DNA of 64,000 nucleotides from Anthoceros angustus (lineage: Eukaryota; Plantae; Anthocerotophyta): positions 992,001-1,056,000 of the forward strand of contig MU008172.1 of NCBI GenBank assembly GCA_010909165.1, given 5' to 3'. Position 1 is the first letter of the stretch. Each line of letters begins with the position of its first letter. Made by a program: the position numbers and the translations under genes. Positions 36,195 to 46,275 of this stretch are shown here, piece by piece. The notes under the pieces are model-generated. The model worked only from the letters and a program-made list of their open reading frames with translations. It did not search any database and was not told the origin of the DNA.

Positions 36195-36890
36195 GGCTGC
36201 CTGCTAGGGATGCCTTCAAGCCGGACCCTCTTGTGTCTTGCTCTTCCCTTCGTCTGCCCTAAAATAACTTGACACAAGTGCGCGCTTGCAATTGCAATTG
36301 CAAGCGCATTGTCCAGGAGAAGAACTCGCAAAAGCCTTGCTACCAACTAGCCTCTCCGCATCTGACCTACTTCACGACCATAGCAGCAGCCGCAACGACA
36401 GCGGCCTAGCCACCACCTCCAACCTCAGCGCCATGGTTGCCTTCCACGCTCGTCTCCTAGCCGGGCGCTCTTGCTCTTGCTCTTCGTCTGCTCTAGAAAA
36501 AAATTAGCCTACACAGAGTTGTGCTTGCAATTACGAGCGCAGCGTCCAGGAGAAAGAACGTGACACAGCCTTGCTACCACCTCTCCTCTCCTTGTCTGAG
36601 ATCTGACCGACTTCACGACCATGCCGGCAGCAGCAACACCAGCAGCCTGGCCACCACCTCCAACCTCAGCGCCGTGGCTACCTGCCGCGCTCGCCTCCGA
36701 GCCAGGTGCTCTGGCGCTTTGTCTGCCCTAAAACCTACTATTCTACCTACACAAAGTGTGCTAGCACTTGCGAACGCACCGCCCAGGAGAAGAACGTCAG
36801 AAGGCTTGTACCATCTCTCCTTTCCGAGTCTGAGATCTGACCTAATTCACGACCATGGCGGCAGCAGCAGCAACAGCAGCAATCGCCGGA
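36170..36890. repeat. Tandem triplication (about 240-bp unit) of the QTRT1/LeuD bidirectional promoter, including both genes' start regions
   Basis: caccacctccaacc at 36171, 36411 and 36652; tcacgaccat at 36372, 36613 and 36847; ccaggagaa(a)gaac and tctgacc recur in each unit. Confidence 0.88.
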
Positions 36891-37648
36891 CCTGGGTGCG
36901 GGTACGCATCGCCGTCACCGGCCGGCGGGGCGCGCGCCGCGCATTTCTGCACGGGCATGGCGCCTCCTCCTGTGTGGCAGCACGCGCACCGTGGCCCTGA
37001 GGCTGTGACGCGCCGGCGGCCTCCCGGGCCGCCGGCAGCAGTCGGCAGCATGTGGCAACAGCCAGGGCGGCGGCGGAGGGTGGCGCGGCTTCGGACAGGA
37101 TCATCCACGGCAAGTGCTTCGTGGTCGGGGACAACATCGACACGGATCAGATCATCCCGGCGGAGCATCTCACGCTGGTGCCGTCCAAGCCGGAGGAGTA
37201 CGAGAAGCTGGGCAGCTACGCCATGTCCGGGCTGCCACCCGCAGCCGGTTACGGCACCTTCGTCGAGCCAGGAAGCAGCAAGGCGGAGTACAAGGTGATG
37301 ATCGGGGGCGCCAATTTCGGGTGCGGCTCTTCCAGGGAGCACGCGCCGGTGGCGCTGGGAGCAGCTGGAGTGCGGGCGGTGGTGGCTCAATCCTACGCTC
37401 GCATTTTCTTCCGGAACTCTGTTGCCACCGGGGAGCTGTACCCTGTGGAATCCCATGACAGGATCTGCGAGCAGTTCAAGACGGGCGAGATTGTGACTGT
37501 GGACTTAGAGCGCGATGTGCTGGTGAACCACACCACCGGCAACACCTACTCTCTGCAGCCCATCGGGGAAGCTGGCCCGGTCATCGATGCAGGCGGTCTC
37601 TTCGAATACGCCCGAAAGATGGGCATGATTGCAACAGCCGCGCCTTGA
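36855..37648 (+). CDS. LEUD: 3-isopropylmalate dehydratase small subunit (LeuD), plastid; the transit-peptide ATG is out of frame with the mature domain
   Basis: GDNIDTDQIIPAEHL, GANFGCGSSREHAPVALG, YARIFFRN and VIDAGGLFEYARK. ATG at 36855 is in a good context but in a different frame. Confidence 0.85.
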
Positions 37649-38018
37649 CAGCAGCCCCTTCCACCCTCCTCTCCTCTCCTCTTCAGACTTGGGAGATCTG
37701 TGGTGGAATTTTCTTGGATGTTATGCAACGGGCATTGCGCCCGCGACGACATGACTCTAGGGACATGCCCCGCATCTTGTACCGAGTAAGCTGCATTTGC
37801 ACCTAGGCTACATAGGTCTAGCGCATGCCTTTGCAAGTGTAGCTACTGATCTTCTATATACCTATCCTGTTTTGGTAAGGAAATGCCCACCAGGGCAAGT
37901 GTTGGTCCTATTCTTTTATTGCCGGTGTTCTAGTCAAATTTAGGGCTTGTTGCGGCCAGATCATAGTCTGTATGTATGCATTCAGGGCCCTCTCCAGCGA
38001 GCGCTCGGCCCAGGGTAA

Positions 38019-39461
38019 ATGAGGCCGTCCTTGCTGAGCAGAGTGCGGCATGATTCTGCCAAGGTGGTGGCTTCGGTGCTCAAGGGGGATGCCAGGAGGC
38101 AGGCATCGGCGTCCATCAAGTCCCTCGTCTACGCCTCTGCCATAGCCAGCAAGCAGGCCACCTTGGCTCTCACATGTCGCACGCTTAAGTACCTACCCGT
38201 GTTGAAGCAGATTTTGGAGGCCACCGACTTGGTCAAGTTGAAGCCCCGGAAGGTGCAACTGGAGCTTTTGTATGTGCTGCTCTACGAGTTTCTGTTCGGA
38301 GAGGAGGTCGTTGCTTCGGGTGACGCTGAGAGGCTGCTCCTGTCCCGCAAGAGTGCAGTGCGTGCGGCATTAGCCAGGCTTCTGGTGCACCACAAGGTAT
38401 CCAAGGCGGAAGACCTGTTGCCGTCTGGCTCATCTGAGGATGTGGCCACGTATCCTCGGTATGTGCGGGTGAACACGTTGAAGAGGAGCACGGAGGAAGT
38501 GGTGAAAATTCTCCAGCAGCACTTTCCCGCCGAGGTAGAGCGTGATAGCCTTATTGCCGACCTGCTTGTGCTGCCAGCCGCTACGGATCTGCACCGCCAT
38601 CCTCTTGTCAAGGATGGCTCTGTCTTGCTGCAGGGCAAGTCCAGTTGCATGCCCGCGCAAGCCCTGCTGGAAAGGCTGGAGCTTCATCAGGGCCTTCACG
38701 TGCTGGATGCTTGTGCCGCACCCGGCAACAAGACAGCTCATTTGGCGGCTTTGATGAAGGGCCAAGGAAAGATAACTGCCTGCGAGCTCAACTCCGACAG
38801 GCTCCACAGGTTACAGGACACCGTTGCCCTGGTAGGCGCGTCCAACGTGGAGGTTCTGCATCAGGATTTTTTGGAGACTGATGTTAACTCGACCCCCTTC
38901 TCGCAAGTGAACGGGATATTGCTGGATCCCTCCTGCTCCGGTTCAGGGACTGCATCCAGGAGGCTCGACCATCTTCTTCCCTCGTCTGCCAGCGCTGTTG
39001 CTCAAACCATCAACGAGACCGAGCAGCACAGGGTAGAGAAGCTTGCTAGGTTTCAGGAGGCTGCCCTCCGTCATGCCCTCTCCTTCCCCAGGGTCGACAG
39101 GATAGTGTACAGCACCTGTTCTGTGTACCAGCGTGAAAACGAGGACGTCATTAGGTCGGTGTTGCCACTCGCCAACAGTCTTGGTTTCCAGTTAGGGACT
39201 CCATTTCCGACTTGGCCACACAGGGGTCTGCCCGTCTTTCCTGCCGCTAAGCACGTTCTACGAACTGATAGTAAGAGGGATCACATGGATGGATTCTTTT
39301 TGGCCTTATTCATCAGGGTTACACCAACGCCACCGGAGGAGGAGAGTATACCTCTTTGTGTTCAGGACATCCAAGAGCCTCACGCCACTGCTCCTCCTAT
39401 TCCAAGGAAAAGGAAGAAATGCAAGAAGGGAACCAAGTTTGTTGCCCCGGTCAAAAAATAG
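38019..39461 (+). CDS. NSUN5: NSUN5/Rcm1 25S rRNA m5C methyltransferase, single long ORF
   Basis: ASIKSLVY, YVRVNTLK, LDACAAPGNKT, LLDPSCSGSG and IVYSTCSVYQRENEDV; start uncertain. Confidence 0.92.
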   Translation: MRPSLLSRVRHDSAKVVASVLKGDARRQASASIKSLVYASAIASKQATLALTCRTLKYLPVLKQILEATDLVKLKPRKVQLELLYVLLYEFLFGEEVVASGDAERLLLSRKSAVRAALARLLVHHKVSKAEDLLPSGSSEDVATYPRYVRVNTLKRSTEEVVKILQQHFPAEVERDSLIADLLVLPAATDLHRHPLVKDGSVLLQGKSSCMPAQALLERLELHQGLHVLDACAAPGNKTAHLAALMKGQGKITACELNSDRLHRLQDTVALVGASNVEVLHQDFLETDVNSTPFSQVNGILLDPSCSGSGTASRRLDHLLPSSASAVAQTINETEQHRVEKLARFQEAALRHALSFPRVDRIVYSTCSVYQRENEDVIRSVLPLANSLGFQLGTPFPTWPHRGLPVFPAAKHVLRTDSKRDHMDGFFLALFIRVTPTPPEEESIPLCVQDIQEPHATAPPIPRKRKKCKKGTKFVAPVKK

Positions 39462-39543
39462 TGGCTTGCTAGCACATAGCTTGACGAAAGTCTTTCTTTC
39501 CGTGTAATGCCACCCCAGACTCCACGGCAAAATTCAATGTAGT

Positions 39544-40605
39544 CTACGATTTGCTATCACTTCCTCCTGTTCGCCTAGAATTTGTGACCACTGGAATGTT
39601 GCTGGCTGCGGAAGCAGCGTCCAACTCCTGAGTCCTGTTGCCAGCCGAGCGCATAGCAGCGTCGATCATCCCTTCTGCCTCTGCATTTAGATCAGCTTCG
39701 AGTTGCTGCTTTGCTTGTTCACCCAAGCTGTCAACAAACTGGACAGCAGATTGCTCCTGGAAACAACCAAAGGTGGCCTCGTATGAGGCTAGTAGCAACC
39801 ACATATCCATCGTCCCAAGTGGCCACAAGCTAGAGACAGTGTACAAGCTGCAGTGACATACAACATACCGCAGCACCAAGTTCCTGCTCGAGACTTTTCA
39901 TGTGGTCAACAAGTTTTCGAAGATCCTCCAAAGCTTCTTTCTCTCGTGCAGCTTGAACCACATCTCTATGGACTCGAAGCTGCAGTTCCAGCCAGATAAG
40001 CATGCAGTGGTAGAATGAAAAAAGAAGTCACCAAAGCCCGTCTTCCCAGACACAAACCAACAGCAAGATTTCACAAACAGCAAAGGAACCACTTCTATCT
40101 CTCCCCTGCCGCCCACCCAGTGTATTCTGCTCCTTGGACAGGTTATAGACAGCAGCTCATTCTTTGACGTAGTCCGACTGCACACGGTTTATCTGCTAAC
40201 GAAAACGTTCGCAGATTCTGCGAGACCTACACGTGACCTTGTGAGGATGAGGAAAGGGTTGAACTCCTTGCAACCTCCTGTAAGTGGACACGAAAAGGCA
40301 GGGGGAATTAGCAGAACAATCTGAGTGAAAAGACGCACTTACTCGTTGCAGCTCATGTTGGAGAGCGATCGTCTGATCACGGATAGATGTGTCATAGCCC
40401 AATATCTGCTTCCAATTCTTCCATAGAAATCTTAATCTCCTGAAAGAAGACATGGACAGAGCTTGTCAATGGCACCCTTGATTCGTTCTGGTGTGGACAC
40501 TCTCTCTCTCCGGGTTCCGACAGTGACGCCAACTGCGTGTCTTGTCTTGAAAGTTCGTCGCAGGCTAGCTCGACCTGTGCAGGCAACATTTGCGGCATCC
40601 CTCAT
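39544..40605 (-). CDS. Uncharacterised multi-exon coiled-coil protein
   Basis: Splice-site-bounded exons read RLRFLWKNWKQILGYDTSIRDQTIALQHELQR, LRVHRDVVQAAREKEALEDLRKLVDHMKSLEQELGAA and EQSAVQFVDSLGEQAKQQLEADLNAEAEG. The start and one middle exon are uncertain. Confidence 0.55.
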
Positions 40606-40716
40606 GCCCACGAGTAGCGGCGGCAACAGTCATCATCGGTTTCACAAGTCTCGGCAGGAACCCTGTTCTCTCTCTAAAACAGGCATACTGTATAACGCAC
40701 GCTCGCCAGTCCCAGG

Positions 40717-42008
40717 ATGGGGCCTCTCACCCTCCGCCCCACTCATTCCTGTATCGGTTTACCGCGTCCAATAGGATGGAGAAGTACCAGTCAGCAGCTG
40801 CGACAGGGTGTGGCACGGCTCATTTCTAGATCACAGCAACCGGTATGTCTTTCACACTTGCTGCTTGGCACCTCTCTTCAATGAACATAGGTCACTGCCT
40901 TGAGGATCTGATATGTTGTTTGCGTGAAGTCGTGTACCGTCACATGCCTCGGAGACTGTGCAAGTGAGCAGCGTATACTAGAACGAGAACTTGTCCAGCA
41001 GAATGCCTTCCTGCGGCGTACTCTTGTTGGGGGAGCCTTATGCCTTTCTTCAACCTTGGTCATGCGTCCAAGTCCTTGTACCGCTCTGCAAGGTGAGGTA
41101 GTAACCATGTCTCTGAGGCTGCTGAACGAACGCAGACACCACAGTCTGGATGACATCATTGTCTATGTTGAACAGAGTACACGCAGGTTTTGGGTGTGCC
41201 GATTGAGGGCGAGCGATTTGACCCTGAACAGTATCTTTTTGAGGTGAGGCTGGGGCCTCTGCTCTGGAGCTACATGTCTTTGGCCTGCCTTGTAAGACTG
41301 AATGTCTTGTGTGGAACAGGTACCTGCTGACTGGAAGTATTCGTCCAAAGTGAAACGTGGAAAATTGCTGCTCTTCACGGACACATATGGGCCCAACTAC
41401 ATTTACAGCTTGAAGTGGCCAACATTTAGTGACAGCGAGGGATATACTGGTAACACCCTACTCCTTGTGCAGCCCATGCCTGCTAAGTGTCTTGTCCGGT
41501 GAAGGTTACTCACTTCTGGGAAACAGCCTCTAGGGTGGAAGTGTTTGTGACTAGCTCAGGAGGGCGAGGCAAGATCGAAGAGCTTGGGCCCCCTGAGAAT
41601 GTGAGTCTCTGACCCTGGAGTCGCCGTAATTTTCATCATGCTTAACCCACTTACAGGACTTCATGTGGCAGATTGAAGTTGGCCGGGCTTTCGGTATCTC
41701 AGGCTTGGAGCTTGCTGATGTCATAGCCTCTTCAGCCCGGGTAGATGCCGCAGGTGTGACTTATTACAATGTAAGTGGTCGACATCTCTCTCCTGATACG
41801 TGCTTTCTCCTGTAACTGCAGCATGCTTAATTGGGTAAGCTTCTTGTAGTGGGATCTTGACACAGGAGATGACGGTGTGGGCCTTGTTGCTGCAACCATC
41901 TCTGGTGGAGCAATATATGTCTTGAACGTGGGTGCGGAAAGAGAGCAGGTGACCAGGCACAGGGCTGCTATTGAGCACATCCGGGATTCATTCGTTGTGC
42001 TAAGGTAG
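40717..42008 (+). CDS. PsbP-domain thylakoid lumen protein, multi-exon
   Basis: Bipartite targeting with a Tat-like FLRRTLVGGALCL. YLFEVPADW, VEVFV...IEELGPPE, GVTYY, LVAATISGGAIYVL and a terminal IRDSFVV follow the PsbP fold pattern. Confidence 0.7.
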
Positions 42009-42228
42009 CTACCGTTGCCATCCTGTCGCGTGTCATGCCTTGCTGCCCATGATAACTCAGGACCTGAATCGTGGTTGACAGATCTGGAGGATTTGATTTT
42101 GATACAAACACAAGGCTAAACAAACGAAGAACGTCAGGCAAAGCCAGCTCCCAAGTGCAAGAGCTTTAGTATGTGCAAACTTTCAACTTGTGCTGCATCA
42201 GTCGGGGTCCTTGGCATGTCCTCCATCT

Positions 42229-42768
42229 CTAAGGGGTTGGAGGAGAATGATAGTGATTAATGACTTCTTGCATATCATCCATTTGACCAAGAATGCAATT
42301 CAACTTCTGCACTTGGATCTCAGCTAACATCCGAGCAGCGTAGTCGCAATTCTCATACGCCCTGTAGTCGCAGGAGCCCTTGATCTCCTCGCGTAAGTTG
42401 GACTGGACCTCCTGTCCGACAACGAGGCATCGTGTGAGAACATGGCAGAGCCACCAAAGCCCTGGCTTCGCTGAACACAACGTACTCCTTAGAGAAGGAT
42501 ACCTTGACAGACTGCACGAACTCCCGGATCTGGTTCTCTATACTCTGAGATCTCACGCCACCAGTGCTGCCGAGCTGCTCCATCACCGAACCAGCCAGCT
42601 CCACGGCTAGGACGATCCTCTGCACAGAAACCCTCGAAAGAGATAAGTGTGATGCGAGCAGACCGTGCACGAGATCAGATGGAAATGGGTGTTCACCTTT
42701 TCCACATGGTACAAGCGTTGTAAAGCGGTGGTAGAGGCTGCGGGCAGCTTTTGCGGTCCTCCGGCCAT
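42229..42768 (-). CDS. MED11: Mediator subunit 11, 3 exons
   Basis: TALQRLYHVEK|RIVLAVELAGSVMEQL...IREFVQSVK|EVQSNLREEIKGSCDYRAYENCDYAARM. Confidence 0.9.
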
Positions 42769-43001
42769 GATTCCGACCGAGCCTTCGGTCTCCTCCTCTA
42801 GGGTTCAACAGGCAGAAGTTTATTCATATTTGGTCGTTCTGAATAGGTAGTGACTGTTCAGCTGGGAAAAGTGTACATATAATGCCCATGACAGAGCAGG
42901 CACTCTCCACCCGTGATTACATACATGTATGTGTAGTGGCGTAGAGATCTCGGGCCAGTGAGAACAGCATCTCAAAGCTGGTTGAAGGGAGGATCTACAC
43001 G

Positions 43002-43827
43002 ATGTTGATACCACTATCTGTTCTGGTTGGCGTGGAAGCTTTGGTGGCCTTGCTGCTCATCAGCAGGGTTCCACCTCTTTACAAGCTTGGTAGAGCGTTG
43101 GTTGACTTGCTGTCCACTTCCAAGGGAGCTGCGATTGCCAGGACTCTCTTCGTCACCTTCGTGGTGCTGTTTGCTTCTTCCATCAATAGCATACAGAGAA
43201 CCAAGGGGCGACTTCATAAGGCTGGTGGAAGCGGAAATCCAGCCCATGAGCAAATTCTGCTGCGCGCACAGACCCTGGAAGCCACAATGCTAGGTACGCT
43301 GTCCTTGCTGTCCAGATCCGCTTGTACGTTTAACTTGGGGCCGGAAGCCTGGCGGCCTTGGGATTGATGAGCATGTATGTTCTTTTTGCGACTGTTTAGG
43401 GTACAGCCTACTCTTGGCTGTGGCTGTTAATCGCTTCTACGTATTCCTCAATGAAAATGCCAATGTGAAGCTGCAATTGGAAGGGTTGAAGAAGAAGTCG
43501 GAGGGCATTGAAGCTGAGTACAAACGGATCCAGCAAGAGCAGAAGTGGCAGGATCAAAAGCTTCGAGACAGTCTTGCCGAGGAAATGCAGTCTTCGAAGG
43601 ATGTTATCGCAGATTTGCGGCGCAATCTGGAAAACGTTCAGATTGATGCTAATGCCAAAGAGCAGGAGTTGAGGGCTGCGCAAGCGAGTCTCAAGGCTTT
43701 GCAAAAGCAAGCCCAGGGCTCACAGCTTGAGTATATGAGGATTCTGGAGGAAAATGAAAGTCTTCGCAGTCAGTTGGCGAGTCATGACGCTAAGTATTAC
43801 AGCACTGAAGCTAAGAAAGATGCATAG
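43002..43827 (+). CDS. BAP31: B-cell receptor-associated protein 31-like ER membrane protein, 2 exons
   Basis: Three N-terminal transmembrane helices, QILLRAQTLEATML|GYSLLLA, a C-terminal coiled coil and an ER-retrieval-like KKDA end. Confidence 0.85.
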
Positions 43828-43853
43828 CACTACAGCCTGGAGCCGCGGGGAAT

Positions 43854-45967
43854 TTATGTTTTCCACCAAGGGACACCAGCTCTGGATGTGCACCCGTTAC
43901 CGCCCCAGGATATATAGGAGGCTTGGAGGCCAATAGCACACTCTGGCTCCGGACCGTGTGTCGTTACCCAGTTTTCCTTAGTAACAGAATCCAAGGTAAG
44001 ATTTGTCCCGAACTCCAGAAACGGGTCTAGAGCAGGAGACCTGAGTCGGGCCACTGCTGCCGGCATATACATAGAATCACCCACCAGCGGGGCCCCAAGA
44101 GCTGCAAGTTGCCCTCGGATCTGCAGCACCCGACGGGACAGCAGAGTGAATGACAACACATCGGGCTGGCGGGTCCGAGTCCTGCTGAACTTTGGTGTGT
44201 ATACCTGGTGTGTACGACCGGTGAGAAGTCGGACGGTTACTTCATACGCTGTCACTCTTTGCTCCCATCCTCCGTGACCTACTCGATACGTTGCTTCAGT
44301 GCTGGGTTTGGGCCAAGCCACTTTCTTGCACTTGAGCACCTCCATCTCGCATTTCGCCCAGTCTGACACGGGGTCTGCGAAATGAAAACTTCCGCTCAGG
44401 CATCAGAGTGAGAAGCCTGCAGAAATAAGAGAGATCGAGGAGCCTCCGAAACCGGACATACGCTTGGAGAAAAGTCGGGGAGTTTTCCGGCCGGGGCACA
44501 TGAAATGTGTAACTTTTCCCAAGGGCACAGGAGCAGCAGTGAGGGCACAGTACAGTTTCCTGACTTTGCGGTCCTACAGCATCCAAGACCAACACGACGT
44601 TGAGAATGGAACTACCACCTGCACCTAAGCAGCATACAGTAGCATGGAACGAGTACGTACCCTCAGCAGCTCGTGAAATTTGGAGGAGAACTCGTTCGTT
44701 TTAGCCAGGACCACACTGCATGAAGCACTTCCAATGCATCAGCTGGGAGTAAGGCAAACATCTCGAACATTACACATACCCCTTTTATTGGGACACACCA
44801 TCCTTCTGTACATGTATCTATCTGATGGGTGAGGATCAAGGGCTTTTCTAGTCCCATTGCCCGAGCTGCAAAGGTTGCACAACTTTCCTCCAAGTTATCC
44901 ACGGTTCCGCCCACCTGATAGACATAAAAAGTAGTAACGTGCTCAATGCCACATGAACGAGAACAAGGAGGCGTGTCAGGCGTGTGAGCCTGCCCCATCA
45001 AAGAACATGTAAGCTTGAGACATGAAGCTAACCGAGACACCCGCAGGTTTGTCGAGAACCACATACGACTCCGTCTCAAGCACAACTCTGGAGCGCCAAT
45101 CCACCTCGTAGCATCTGCCGCAGAACATGTCCGCCTCACAGGAGTTCCAACGTGGGCAAGTTCAAAGAGTTTGAATTCGATAATGGAGGGATCAGCTGAC
45201 CTTGGAAAGCGCTTGGGATGAACATGCACTCGGAGATAGGAGCCAACCTCGAGCTCCTCATCCCCTGATAGTACTCGGAACACTTTTCTTGCCTCCTGAA
45301 GTGTTTTCCCTTTCACGGATGACCTTTCTTCAAGGAAATCTGGAGTAATGTACTTGTTGTAGAGCTCTATTTGCTCGGGAGACGCGCTTTCGGGCGGGAC
45401 AGGGCATACGAGGGAAGTATGCACCGCACCAAATCGGATGAGATCTTCCACATATCTGGGAGTCACCATTTAGTTGCAGTACACCCTGACACACAAAGTG
45501 GTCAAGGACGACCGCAGACAAGTGCATCTTACATGTTTGGAAGCGCCAGCGAGTCCGAAACAATCTCCACAACATTACCCCCTTTCTCAACCAGGATGTG
45601 CTCAATGCGAGGAAGGAAGTTCTGTGGCGGGCAAGGCATCAACCGTCTGTACTCTCCAACAGTTGCCCTGCAATTTCGGCGGAATAGGCGTGCCAGGTAT
45701 GAGAGGACTCACTCCTAGGACACACTACGAGATGAAAGAAAGCAGGAACTGGTACCTTTCAAGACTCGGCTTGTTGGGGTTGGGAATGGTGGAAAACGTT
45801 GGATTGGCATAGGCTGATTCTGTGAGCAGAGCAACAGAAGCCGATTCAGAGAACTTGTTCTCCAAGGCAAGTTGCCACCAGCTCCGCTTCACTCCCAAGG
45901 CTGCGCCAAGAACAGTTGAGCCGAGCGTGTGTCTCGCAGCCTTCAAGCTGCAGCCAGCCAGCGCCAT
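43854..45967 (-). CDS. PUS6: RluA-family RNA pseudouridine synthase, plastid PUS6-like, multi-exon
   Basis: LIRFGAVH, RVHVHPKRFPR, VGGTVDNLEESC, THQIDTCTEG, LLTGRTHQ(IR)GQLAALGAPLVGDSMY and IGLQAS. Confidence 0.85.
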
Positions 45968-46275
45968 GTGAGCTGAGAAAGTCAGATCACAGACGTTGGC
46001 AGTAGCCGCCCGGAAGAGTGACGGAAGAGCAGTTGGCGCTGCTGGGTGCCAACCGACTCCTTTCACGCCACTCTGACATCGAGGCGTCCTCTCGCATTGC
46101 TGCAAGGGACCCAACCGAGTCCTTCGAAATCTTAAACCCTACCAAAACCACGGGTTGCCGGTGTTTGCTCCGGTAGCGATGTCCAGGTGCAGTATCGTTT
46201 CTCCGCAATTTGGTTGCCAGCTCTATGTATGTCGTTCTCTTGGTCTTGACCTCCCGCACTCTCCTTTACTACAGC

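Noticed and set aside
34975-36272. Long alternative-frame and antisense ORFs over QTRT1; possible bacterial tgt transfer
   Set aside because: Shadow ORFs. The protein has the eukaryotic/plant C-terminal extension, so horizontal transfer is not supported.
41177-41190. Apparent 11-nt micro-exon in the PsbP-like gene
   Set aside because: Reading through to the gtgagg donor near 41244 gives ...EQYLFE|VPADW, which fits the PsbP pattern better.
44740-44850. PUS6 catalytic motif HQID instead of HRLD as a novel inactivation
   Set aside because: This variant is typical of plant PUS6-type proteins and the catalytic Asp is retained.
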